Source: Campylobacterota bacterium | GTDB lineage: Bacteria; Campylobacterota; Campylobacteria; Campylobacterales; Sulfurimonadaceae | Length of the DNA stretch: 26,112 nucleotides | Direction: 5' to 3' | NCBI GenBank assembly: GCA_034658915.1 | Contig: JAYEGD010000290.1 | Location: 1 to 26,112, forward strand | Part shown: positions 18,452 through 26,112 of the stretch, piece by piece | Layout: every line of letters starts with the position of its first letter | How positions within the stretch are numbered: position 1 is the first letter of the stretch | Notes under the pieces: model-generated | What the model was told of the DNA's origin: nothing | The model's input: only the letters and a program-made list of their open reading frames with translations | Databases searched by the model: none | Position numbers and translations under genes: made by a program

Positions 18452-19581
18452 AAATATTGAATTTAGATACAAACAGTTATGAGGTGGTTCGTAAAATTGA
18501 GTCGCCTCAAACAAAAATTGAGCAACTTCTGCACCTTTTATACTGTTATGAAAACTCTATTTATGAGACACTTTATGACAAAAACCAACCCATTTTAAAG
18601 AGCTATGTGCAGAGTTTAAAAGAGGTTAAAGAGACAAATGAGCAGTTTTTATTTTTTACATCTGGGACAACTGGCAATCCAACTGGAGCATTTAAAACTA
18701 AGGAAAATTTAGAGCTAGAGGTAAAAGAGTTAGTTGATATTTTGAGTGCTTATGCAATTCAAAGAGTAGTTGTAACTGTACCATTTGTTCATCTTTATGG
18801 TGTTAATGTGGGGGCGTTGCTTTCAAAGTATCTACATGTAGAGCTTGTTGTGAAAGAGAATTTTTTACTAGAAGAGCTAATTGAACAAGCTCAAAAAAGA
18901 GACACCCTAGTGGTTACTACACCGCTTTTCATAAAAGCGTTAAATAGATTGAAAAAAGATGTAGAGTTTAAAAATGCACTCTTTATTACCTCCACTTCGC
19001 CACTACAACAAAGCGATGCAAAGGAGTTTAAAGAGCATTACAACTCTACTGTAATGCAGATATTTGGCTCAACAGAGAGTGGAGCAATTGCTTATAAATT
19101 TGATGATAATAAGATATGGAGAGCATTTAAGAGTGTTGAAATAAGCTCAAAAAATGAGATGCTAGAGGTGACATCGCCATTTATTTCTCGTAAGCTTCTA
19201 AATGAAAAAGTACAAACTGTAGAGTTACCATTCAAAAGTGAAGATATTGTAAACATTGTAAGTGAAAAAGAGTTTATTTTAGTAGGAAGAGACTCATCGC
19301 TTATTAAAATAGCTGGCAAGAGGTTTTCGACTCTTCAAATAGAGAGTATTGTGGAGTCATTACCTGAGGTCAATAGCGCCATAGTAAAAGTTAAAAGAGA
19401 TGACAAAGCACTTAAAGATGAAATTGTGGAAATTTACATAGAACAAAATGAAGATTTTAACCACAAAAAAGTAAGAGAACTTTTTTTAAAAAACTTTGGT
19501 TCAACGCATATTCCATACAAGCTACATGTAGTGCAAAAAATACTATTTAGTTCTGTTGGAAAAAAGATTGGATTTGAGTAA
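18436..19581 (+). CDS. AMP-dependent synthetase/ligase family protein (short acyl-CoA/acyl-ACP ligase-like)
   Basis: AMP-binding motif FFTSGTTGNPTGAFKT; start overlaps the MMPL gene by 16 nt. Confidence 0.65.
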   Translation: MEKFMKILNLDTNSYEVVRKIESPQTKIEQLLHLLYCYENSIYETLYDKNQPILKSYVQSLKEVKETNEQFLFFTSGTTGNPTGAFKTKENLELEVKELVDILSAYAIQRVVVTVPFVHLYGVNVGALLSKYLHVELVVKENFLLEELIEQAQKRDTLVVTTPLFIKALNRLKKDVEFKNALFITSTSPLQQSDAKEFKEHYNSTVMQIFGSTESGAIAYKFDDNKIWRAFKSVEISSKNEMLEVTSPFISRKLLNEKVQTVELPFKSEDIVNIVSEKEFILVGRDSSLIKIAGKRFSTLQIESIVESLPEVNSAIVKVKRDDKALKDEIVEIYIEQNEDFNHKKVRELFLKNFGSTHIPYKLHVVQKILFSSVGKKIGFE

Positions 19582-19652
19582 AATAGAGTACTTTTATTGT
19601 ATCATTGTGTATTAAATTTACAAATATACAAATATTCAACAAAGGAAGAGAA

Positions 19653-20345
19653 ATGAAAAAACAACTACTAACACTGGCTATGAGTGTTGCTGCACTTAGT
19701 GCTATGCAAAATAGCGATTTTGATAAACTAGAGGTGTTTAAAAGTAAAGGTGCTAAAACAGTAGCAAACAAACTAGTTGGTAAAAACTTGGATTTATATA
19801 TTGTTAGAGGTATTGATGGACGTGGAAACAGCTATGAAATAGTTGTAGATTCAACAGGTAGGTACATAGTTCCAACTGCCAGTGTTTTAGATATGAACAT
19901 CCAAGAAGCGATAAAAATTCCACTAGATATGTCAAAGTTAAAAGGTAAAGAAGCATTTAGTTATGGAAGCGGTAAAAATGAGTATTACGTGTTTACTGAT
20001 CCTGAGTGTCACTATTGTAAAAAGTTTGAGAAGATGTGGCCCTCACTAAGTAAAGATATTAAGCTTAATGTCTATCTTTACAACTTGCCATTTCATAAAG
20101 AGGCTAACAGTATGAGCAACTGGATTTTAAGTGCAAAAAATAGCAAAGAGAAAGCACAAAGGCTAATAGATATTGCTAATGGCTCAACTAAGTACAAAAG
20201 TGCTAAATATAGTGCAGATGAGATTAAAAAATTAAATGAGATATTGGCAAAACAAAAAGCGTTAGGTGTTGCTTATGGTGTTAAAGGAACTCCAACTGTG
20301 CTAGACTCTAAGGGCAACTCTGTTGTGTGGACAAATTTAAAGTAA
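19653..20345 (+). CDS. Periplasmic thiol:disulfide interchange protein, DsbC/DsbG-like
   Basis: Signal peptide MKKQLLTLAMSVAALSA, thioredoxin-fold CHYC active site (YVFTDPECHYCKKFE), N-terminal dimerisation-like domain; start chosen at the Met preceded by an AGGAAG ribosome-binding site rather than the track's 19605. Confidence 0.7.
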   Translation: MKKQLLTLAMSVAALSAMQNSDFDKLEVFKSKGAKTVANKLVGKNLDLYIVRGIDGRGNSYEIVVDSTGRYIVPTASVLDMNIQEAIKIPLDMSKLKGKEAFSYGSGKNEYYVFTDPECHYCKKFEKMWPSLSKDIKLNVYLYNLPFHKEANSMSNWILSAKNSKEKAQRLIDIANGSTKYKSAKYSADEIKKLNEILAKQKALGVAYGVKGTPTVLDSKGNSVVWTNLK

Positions 20346-20354
20346 GAGAGTAAT

Positions 20355-20374
20355 ATTGCGCGCTTTAGCGCAAT
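20355..20374. terminator. GC-rich hairpin attgcgc-gcttta-gcgcaat between convergent genes (bidirectional terminator candidate)
   Basis: 7-bp GC-rich inverted repeat overlapping the cysQ-like stop codon; no long T-run, so weak. Confidence 0.35.
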
Positions 20375-21132
20375 AAGTGCCTGACAATAAACCCACTGTT
20401 AACTAAACTCTTTTTATTGTACTTTAACTCTTCATTATCAAACACGCTTATTATGTTTTTTCCACACTCTAATAGAACACTATGAGCCGCTGCACTGTCC
20501 CACTCCATAGTTGGTGCAAAACGTGGGTACTCATCTGCTACTCCCTCAGCCACAAGGCAAAACTTTAGCGAGCTTCCAATATTTACTAGCTCTACATCTT
20601 TAGTTTTTTTAAGCTCTTCAATGTACTTTTTCGTCTCATCATTCATATGTGAATTACTTGCAACTACTACATATTTATCTCTTACATGTAGTGAGCTATT
20701 TTGAACTATTTGTATGCCATTTTTAAAAGCTCCAACACCTTTTTTTGCACTGTACATATCTTTTAAAACAGGTGCATAAACTACACCTAACACTGGTCTA
20801 TTATCTTGCATTAGTGCAATATTTACTGTGAACTCTCCATTTCTTTTTACAAACTCTTTTGTACCATCAAGTGGGTCTATGCACCAGTAACTTTTCCAAC
20901 ATTTTCTTACTTCATACTGTGTTTCATCATCCTCTTCTGACATAATCTCTATCGTAGGATAGAGCTTTTTAAGAGCTTCACAAATTATCTCATTTGACTT
21001 TAAATCTGCTTTTGTTAGAGGCGAATTGTCATCTTTGAAATTTACTTCAAACTCTTCATTATAAATTTCTAAAATTGCTTCACCTGCTTCAACTGCAATT
21101 TGCTCTATCTTTTTTAAATCAATCTCTATCAC
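20365..21132 (-). CDS. cysQ: Inositol-monophosphatase-family protein, CysQ-like 3'(2'),5'-bisphosphate nucleotidase
   Basis: [12 protein letters not shown] metal-binding motif and overall IMPase-fold pattern; 255 aa. Confidence 0.7.
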   Translation of the reverse strand: MIEIDLKKIEQIAVEAGEAILEIYNEEFEVNFKDDNSPLTKADLKSNEIICEALKKLYPTIEIMSEEDDETQYEVRKCWKSYWCIDPLDGTKEFVKRNGEFTVNIALMQDNRPVLGVVYAPVLKDMYSAKKGVGAFKNGIQIVQNSSLHVRDKYVVVASNSHMNDETKKYIEELKKTKDVELVNIGSSLKFCLVAEGVADEYPRFAPTMEWDSAAAHSVLLECGKNIISVFDNEELKYNKKSLVNSGFIVRHLLR

Positions 21133-22939
21133 TATACACCTCTTTAATTTTTAATGCATCACTCATATTCAGCACTTCAGCAATCTCTTCAACACTCAAT
21201 TTTTTTAGTGCTTCAAATGTTCCAAAATGAAGTAGAAGTTTTTTCACTTTTGCTTCGCTTACACCTTTTACATGTAGAAGTTTACTTTGCTTGTCTAATT
21301 TTAGTTTACTCTTTTTATGAAACCCTATTGCACTTCTATGCGCTTCATCTCTTAAAAGTTGAACAAACTGTAACCTTTTGTCAGAGGGTTGCAGTTTAAA
21401 TGAGTCGTTAATAGTATGAATTTCATCATTAGCCCTACCCTTTGCACGGTGTGATTTTGCATCTATCTTCTCTTTAGAAATAGCAATTACATCGAGGTTA
21501 ACACCACAACTCTCAATAATGCTTTGAGCTAGTAGAAGTAGAGTTCTACCACCATCTAAAACCCATAAATCAGGTGGTGGATTTTTTTCAAAACTCTCAA
21601 CTCTTCTTGTTAATGTCTCTCTCATTTGAGCATACTCATCTAACGCTTTTAAGTGGTAAAGTCTGTATGACTCTTTTTCAAACCTATTATCATCATACAC
21701 AACCATAGCTCCTACAGGTGCAGTTCCACCCATATGTGAGTTGTCAAATGTCTCTACTCTTAATGGTACTCTTTGTAGTGAACACAACTCTTTTAGTGCT
21801 TCGCCAACCTCTTGTGATTGCTCTTTTTTCTTAATTAATAGCTCTTTTGCATTACTAAAAGCCAATTGTGTAAGCTCTCTTTTAACACCCTTTTGAGGAG
21901 AAATTATTTTTACTTTTTTTCCAAAAAGGTTGGTTAAATGTTCTGAAATAACACCCTTTTCATCAAAATTATCATAACACAAAACATCTACTACAATGGG
22001 TGGTTTTTCATTTCCATAAAAGTTTACAATTGAGCGTGAGTATAGCTCATTAACATCTGCTCCATAGAGCAGATTTATATTAGTTGATGAACTTGAAATA
22101 ATCTTACCATCGCGCATAAACATCTGCATCATAACCGCTTTTTTCTCACTATGTGCTAGTGCAAAAATATCATAATTCTCACTACTCATCACATCAATAC
22201 TTGACTTAATTTCACTCTTTTGAATTCTTATAATTCTATCTCTTAGTGTTGCAGCCTCTTCAAAACGCTCATTTTGTGCATAAAAGAGCATCTTTTGCTC
22301 AATATCTTTAAGAAGTGTTTTTTTATTTTGAATATAGCTTACTCCTTTTGCAACAATTTTTTTGTACTCTTCAACGCTAATGCTACCCTCACATGGAGCT
22401 AAACACTTCTCGATTTGTTGATATAAACAAGCTTTCTTCCCTTTTAGACAACTCTTTTTTTGTACTAATTGACATAGCTCATAAATGCTGTCGTAAATAT
22501 CTCTAGCACCAATTGAGTATGGTCCAAAATATTTAATATCTCTACCTTTAATTACTCTTCTTGTTATCTCAAATCTTGGATAATCTTCTGACTCATCTAT
22601 GTAGATATAGGGGTAGGTTTTGTCATCACGAAGTAAAATATTGTATTTTGGATTCAACTGCTTAATAAGTGAGTTCTCTAAAATTAGCGCATCATGCTCA
22701 CTAGATACTACAATATACTCTAATGAGACTACTTCATCTAACATCTTTAAAATACGCAAAGATTGATTAGGGTTTGGCTTTAAAGTCGGAGTAAATCGCC
22801 AATAGCTTTTTACTCTTTTTGACAACTCCTTAGCTTTTCCAACATACAACAACTTGCCATTTTTGTCTAAATATTGGTAAATCCCTGCACTTTGTGGAAG
22901 AGATTTAATTACATGTAATAACTCATTAATCTCTTGCAT
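21119..22939 (-). CDS. uvrC: Excinuclease ABC subunit C
   Basis: N-terminal GIY-YIG ([28 protein letters not shown]), UvrBC-interaction region, C-terminal endonuclease and HhH regions; 606 aa. Confidence 0.9.
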   Translation of the reverse strand: MQEINELLHVIKSLPQSAGIYQYLDKNGKLLYVGKAKELSKRVKSYWRFTPTLKPNPNQSLRILKMLDEVVSLEYIVVSSEHDALILENSLIKQLNPKYNILLRDDKTYPYIYIDESEDYPRFEITRRVIKGRDIKYFGPYSIGARDIYDSIYELCQLVQKKSCLKGKKACLYQQIEKCLAPCEGSISVEEYKKIVAKGVSYIQNKKTLLKDIEQKMLFYAQNERFEEAATLRDRIIRIQKSEIKSSIDVMSSENYDIFALAHSEKKAVMMQMFMRDGKIISSSSTNINLLYGADVNELYSRSIVNFYGNEKPPIVVDVLCYDNFDEKGVISEHLTNLFGKKVKIISPQKGVKRELTQLAFSNAKELLIKKKEQSQEVGEALKELCSLQRVPLRVETFDNSHMGGTAPVGAMVVYDDNRFEKESYRLYHLKALDEYAQMRETLTRRVESFEKNPPPDLWVLDGGRTLLLLAQSIIESCGVNLDVIAISKEKIDAKSHRAKGRANDEIHTINDSFKLQPSDKRLQFVQLLRDEAHRSAIGFHKKSKLKLDKQSKLLHVKGVSEAKVKKLLLHFGTFEALKKLSVEEIAEVLNMSDALKIKEVYSDRD

Positions 22940-23330
22940 TAAGTGCTGACTTTAAAACTTTTGCTAACGCTTTTTTACTTTGTGGATTTGCTTTATTAAG
23001 CGCTCTATCAAACTTTAATACTAATGTCTTATCTACATTTTTATGGCTAAACAGGCTTGTAATTAGACCCTCATACTTTTTAAATCCATTAGGTGGAATT
23101 TCAACATGATGCTCAATAATGTAGTTTACTGCATCATTAAGTTTTGACCTTGAGGAGTGTGAAGATTTAAAAATTTTTTCAACTTTTTCAAAACTCATCC
23201 CTGAGTCACTATTTTGCGCAGCTCTTTTTGCTCTTGATGATGCAATTACAACATACAATAGTACTAATATTGGTAAAACAAGAAGAGTAATTGCAACTGC
23301 TATAAGTAAAATCGTTATATCTATATTCAT
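22926..23330 (-). CDS. Small membrane protein (one N-terminal TM helix), hypothetical
   Basis: 134 aa, hydrophobic N-terminus; 4-nt overlap with the upstream kinase gene. Confidence 0.4.
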   Translation of the reverse strand: MNIDITILLIAVAITLLVLPILVLLYVVIASSRAKRAAQNSDSGMSFEKVEKIFKSSHSSRSKLNDAVNYIIEHHVEIPPNGFKKYEGLITSLFSHKNVDKTLVLKFDRALNKANPQSKKALAKVLKSALNARD

Positions 23331-25333
23331 ACTCTTTTACGCTCTCTTACCTCTTTTTTTAGTGCAATCGATGTACTAACACCACCCTTAATATTTCTCA
23401 TCTTTAGTTTACCTAAGTGGTGTTCATTAACAATTATTCGTGACATATAAAGACCAAGCCCAGTACCATTTTTTTCCTCTTTTGTGGAGAAGTATGGGTC
23501 AAAAACTTTATCTATAATTGCATCTGGTACTCCACCACCATTGTCTGATATATCGATATAAACATACTCATTATCTTCATATGTTCCTATATTAATAACA
23601 GGATTTAATATTTTTCTTTCATGAAAATTATCTTGTGAATTTTTTAAGATATTTAGCACAACTTGCATCATCTCACTGGAGTACATGTAGATCTCTATTT
23701 GAGTCTGATAATCTTTTTTCACCTCAATTAAACTACTCTCAAAAAGGCTCTGCACAATTTTAAATGACTTCTCAATAGGTTCTATAATTGTAACTAATCC
23801 TCTTCTCTTATCGCTTTTGTAGAAGTCTCTAAAATCATCAATTGTTCGTGTTAATGTTTTTACCATATAATCAATTTCAGATGTTTTTGATAAGATGAAC
23901 TCTTCATAATTTTTAGCACCACTTTTGCTATTTAAATCAAACCTTTTAAGTGTAGTTTTTACCTCAACATCTATTACGGTAGATGCAATTGCTGCAAGAG
24001 GTTGTCTCCATTGATGCGCAATCATACTTATCATCTCGCCCATTTGAGCTAGTCTAGCACTTTGTGCTATCATTAAATCTTTTTTTTCTAACTCTGCTAA
24101 TGAATCTTGAACCTTTTTTTCTAGGTTTTGATTTAGCAGTTTAAGCTCATTTGCAGTTGCAGAAGTGATGTTTAAGAGTGTATCAACTGTGCTGTTTTCA
24201 CTGCTTAATTTCCTCTCAATATTGAGTGAACTTCTTGAGTCAATTTTACTATTTTCACTAAGTGCTAATAGCGTTATAGAGTTGTTTAAGATATCTGAAC
24301 GACTCTTATGAGTAAAAAATTCTCCATAAGTAAAAAAACCACTAATATTTTCATTATCGCTAAAGTGTTCAAACTCATACTCTGCCATATTTTTCAAAAA
24401 ATGTCTTCTAGCCATGCATGAATAGACAAAGATTGTTTCACTATTTTTTTGAGCAATATCTTCAGCTAGTATATTTGCACTATCTAAAATTCTATCTACA
24501 CTACCTACAGAGAAACTAACTTTGGATCCTTGTGGCATATCACCTGCAAAAACTAATGAGCCATCGCTACCTTTATTAAGCATAACTCTAGCAATTTTAT
24601 AGCCATCTTTGTTGATTACAAGAGGAAACTCTGTACCCAAAAGAGGAAGATTAGCTGTAATTTCACTGCCTAAAAACTTGTTAAACAGCTCCAAAGGATT
24701 TTTATTATTAATAGAATATACAATATTATCAACCGACCTTGTAATAGTAAACTCTACACCAATAGCTTTCCAAGAGAGAAGATTTTTTTGGTATATGCTA
24801 AGTGTTTTTGATACAAAAGCAACACCAACAATTCCAGATTTTAAAACACTACTGTCGTGAATTATATAGCTCTCACTAAATGCACCATTGTCTCCAGCAA
24901 CTCCACCACTTATTATTAACTTTTTATGCTCATCTTTAATTGCAGAGAGTATCTTACTTATTCTAGTATTAAACCCACAAGCATACATAATTAAGAGTTT
25001 TGAAGATTTAGGTATTTTTTTATTAATTGCAACATCTGAATCATCAAATTCTGAATGATATAGATGAAGTTTTGTACTCTCAAAATAGCTAATAGATATT
25101 ACAATCTTATTAGTAGAGACTATTTTTTCATTAATTTCACCATCAGTAGTTGCACCTATAATTTTTGCCTCTGGCAAGCTCTTTTTTATTAAAGAGGATA
25201 TATGCTCAAGCAAATCAACCAATAATAGACCAGAAAAAATTTGCACTAAAACATCTGTGTGAAGCTCTTTTGAGTTCTCAATAAAATCTATTAAATCTCT
25301 GTCTGATTTATAATATGTTGTTTTTGTAGTCAC
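23327..25333 (-). CDS. Cytoplasmic sensor histidine kinase with an N-terminal FIST-like sensory region
   Basis: C-terminal H-box HQWRQPL and HATPase motifs DNGGGVP and GTGLGLYMSRII; a coiled linker precedes the H-box; N-terminal ~400 aa with no TM helix resembles FIST N/C domains (from memory, moderate). Confidence 0.65.
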   Translation of the reverse strand: MTTKTTYYKSDRDLIDFIENSKELHTDVLVQIFSGLLLVDLLEHISSLIKKSLPEAKIIGATTDGEINEKIVSTNKIVISISYFESTKLHLYHSEFDDSDVAINKKIPKSSKLLIMYACGFNTRISKILSAIKDEHKKLIISGGVAGDNGAFSESYIIHDSSVLKSGIVGVAFVSKTLSIYQKNLLSWKAIGVEFTITRSVDNIVYSINNKNPLELFNKFLGSEITANLPLLGTEFPLVINKDGYKIARVMLNKGSDGSLVFAGDMPQGSKVSFSVGSVDRILDSANILAEDIAQKNSETIFVYSCMARRHFLKNMAEYEFEHFSDNENISGFFTYGEFFTHKSRSDILNNSITLLALSENSKIDSRSSLNIERKLSSENSTVDTLLNITSATANELKLLNQNLEKKVQDSLAELEKKDLMIAQSARLAQMGEMISMIAHQWRQPLAAIASTVIDVEVKTTLKRFDLNSKSGAKNYEEFILSKTSEIDYMVKTLTRTIDDFRDFYKSDKRRGLVTIIEPIEKSFKIVQSLFESSLIEVKKDYQTQIEIYMYSSEMMQVVLNILKNSQDNFHERKILNPVINIGTYEDNEYVYIDISDNGGGVPDAIIDKVFDPYFSTKEEKNGTGLGLYMSRIIVNEHHLGKLKMRNIKGGVSTSIALKKEVRERKRV

Positions 25334-25872
25334 TATTTATCATACTTTGTTAGGTTATTGTATCTAATAGTATCGGCTACAATTTTAGTGTATTTAGCCC
25401 CTAACTCTGAGTATTTATTAAGCTCTTTCACCAATAGATAAACATTATTAGTTTTCATCTGTTTCTCTTTGAATTTTTTGTAAGCTTTTGCTCTACTAAT
25501 TGTTAAATAGTAGCTACTAATAGAGTCTTTAATAGTTGCGTACTTTCTTACCCAAATACTCTTACCATTACGCTTTTGAGATGCTGCAATTTTTGGAAGT
25601 TTTGAACTCCCTGCCCACATACCAAAAGCGTTATTAGCCTCTTTAAAAAAACGTGAAGTTCCCCAGCCACTCTCAATAGCAGCTTGTGCAACTGCAATAC
25701 TAATTGGATGAGGCTTAATAGCTTTTAGCAACTCCTCATCAGTAGATACTCGATATTTTTTTTTTAATAATGCAATTAACTGAGTACTTTTTCCATAAGC
25801 CATATCACTTTTAAGCCTTAAATATTGATACTGTAAAGAGTTGTAAGTTTGTGTAATTTGAGGAACCATCAA
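25333..25872 (-). CDS. Glucosaminidase-domain protein (FlgJ C-terminal / Bax-like peptidoglycan hydrolase)
   Basis: Motif AQAAIESGWGTSRFFKEANNAFGMW typical of the mannosyl-glycoprotein endo-beta-N-acetylglucosaminidase domain. Confidence 0.65.
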   Translation of the reverse strand: MMVPQITQTYNSLQYQYLRLKSDMAYGKSTQLIALLKKKYRVSTDEELLKAIKPHPISIAVAQAAIESGWGTSRFFKEANNAFGMWAGSSKLPKIAASQKRNGKSIWVRKYATIKDSISSYYLTISRAKAYKKFKEKQMKTNNVYLLVKELNKYSELGAKYTKIVADTIRYNNLTKYDK

Positions 25873-25976
25873 TGCAAAAAATCTATCTTTTTTAGTTTGA
25901 GTTGCATTTGATAAAGTAGATGTAATAAGTATAATAATTAAATATCTTAAAATAATTACTCCTTAAAATCTTTTAA

Positions 25977-26062
25977 TTCTCGAAAACAGAGTTTTCGCAG
26001 CTTTAGGGGGTTGTAGGGACACTTGTGTCCCTGCCACCAAAATGGACGTGTTCATTTTGGTG
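25977..26062 (+). repeat. Copy 3 of the three-hairpin repeat element: HP1 cgaaaac-aga-gttttcg, linker cagctttagggggttg, HP2 tagggacac-ttg-tgtccctg, HP3 caccaaaatg-gacgtgt-cattttggtg
   Basis: Aligns with copies 1 and 2 with compensatory substitutions in HP2 and HP3. Confidence 0.8.
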
Positions 26063-26076
26063 TAAAAATAGTGTTA

Positions 26077-26112
26077 TTGTAGGGACACTTGTGTCCCTGC
26101 CAGCAAAATGGA
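26077..26112 (+). repeat. Second, partial HP2-HP3 unit (ttgtagggacacttgtgtccctgccagcaaaatgga) 14 nt after copy 3, truncated by the window end
   Basis: 35 of 36 nt identical to 26030-26065 region of copy 3; indicates tandem iteration continuing beyond the window. Confidence 0.7.

Noticed and set aside
19605-19652. Upstream start (MCIKFTNIQIFNKGRE) for the DsbC-like gene
   Set aside because: The signal peptide and an AGGAAG ribosome-binding site fit the internal Met at 19653. The upstream extension would place 16 non-signal residues ahead of the signal peptide.
2844-24860. Twelve short ORFs on the strand opposite to long genes (2844-3041, 3560-3748, 4747-4953, 7177-7389, 8816-9031, 9445-9681, 11340-11537, 16441-16671, 19092-19319, 19547-19771, 21154-21399, 24609-24860)
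   Set aside because: Each lies entirely inside a longer, well-supported CDS on the other strand, with low-complexity translations; these are typical antisense artefacts in AT-rich DNA.
26030-26112. CRISPR array (36-nt repeat, 30-nt spacer) at the right edge
   Set aside because: The putative spacer begins with the conserved 3' arm of hairpin 3, which is also present in the two solitary copies of the element. No cas genes are in the window. Kept as a finding about tandem iteration, not as CRISPR.

Overview
AT-rich chromosomal segment (roughly one-third GC by eye) with a gene set and codon usage typical of Campylobacterota (epsilonproteobacteria); I cannot assign a genus. The core backbone on the minus strand is an operon cNMP-binding protein > MlaE(STAS-fused) > MlaF > MlaD > AgcS symporter, then a ybeD-like gene, moaC, mobA, two paralogous membrane proteins, hisIE, an SPFH protein and ilvE. 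A plus-strand operon with overlapping stop/start codons runs rnhB > orf77 > LolA-like > MMPL/RND exporter > AMP-ligase > DsbC-like. A second minus-strand operon runs glucosaminidase-domain protein > FIST sensor histidine kinase > small membrane protein > uvrC > cysQ. Four things stand out. (1) A ~4.1 kb insertion at 5845-9940 is bounded by perfect 32-bp direct repeats; the right repeat is the 3' end of the ybeD-like gene and the left repeat lies next to a tRNA-Val. It carries a translationally coupled restriction endonuclease candidate plus an M.HaeIII-like m5C methyltransferase (GGCC is almost absent from the window), an HExxH metalloprotease-like gene, a 142-aa gene and a candidate small RNA, but no integrase. 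(2) The palindromic octamer TACATGTA (usually YTACATGTAG) occurs 21 times against about 1 expected from base composition, mostly inside unrelated genes where it is read as Leu-His-Val, and is absent from the island. This looks like a highly iterated palindrome comparable to cyanobacterial HIP1. (3) An ~85-nt three-hairpin element is present in three same-orientation intergenic copies (151-236, 8201-8288, 25977-26062) with compensatory base changes in all three stems, plus a partial tandem unit at the truncated right end; it is not classifiable from sequence alone. (4) A cNMP-binding protein is encoded directly upstream of the Mla lipid-transport genes. No CRISPR array, rRNA or transposase is supported.
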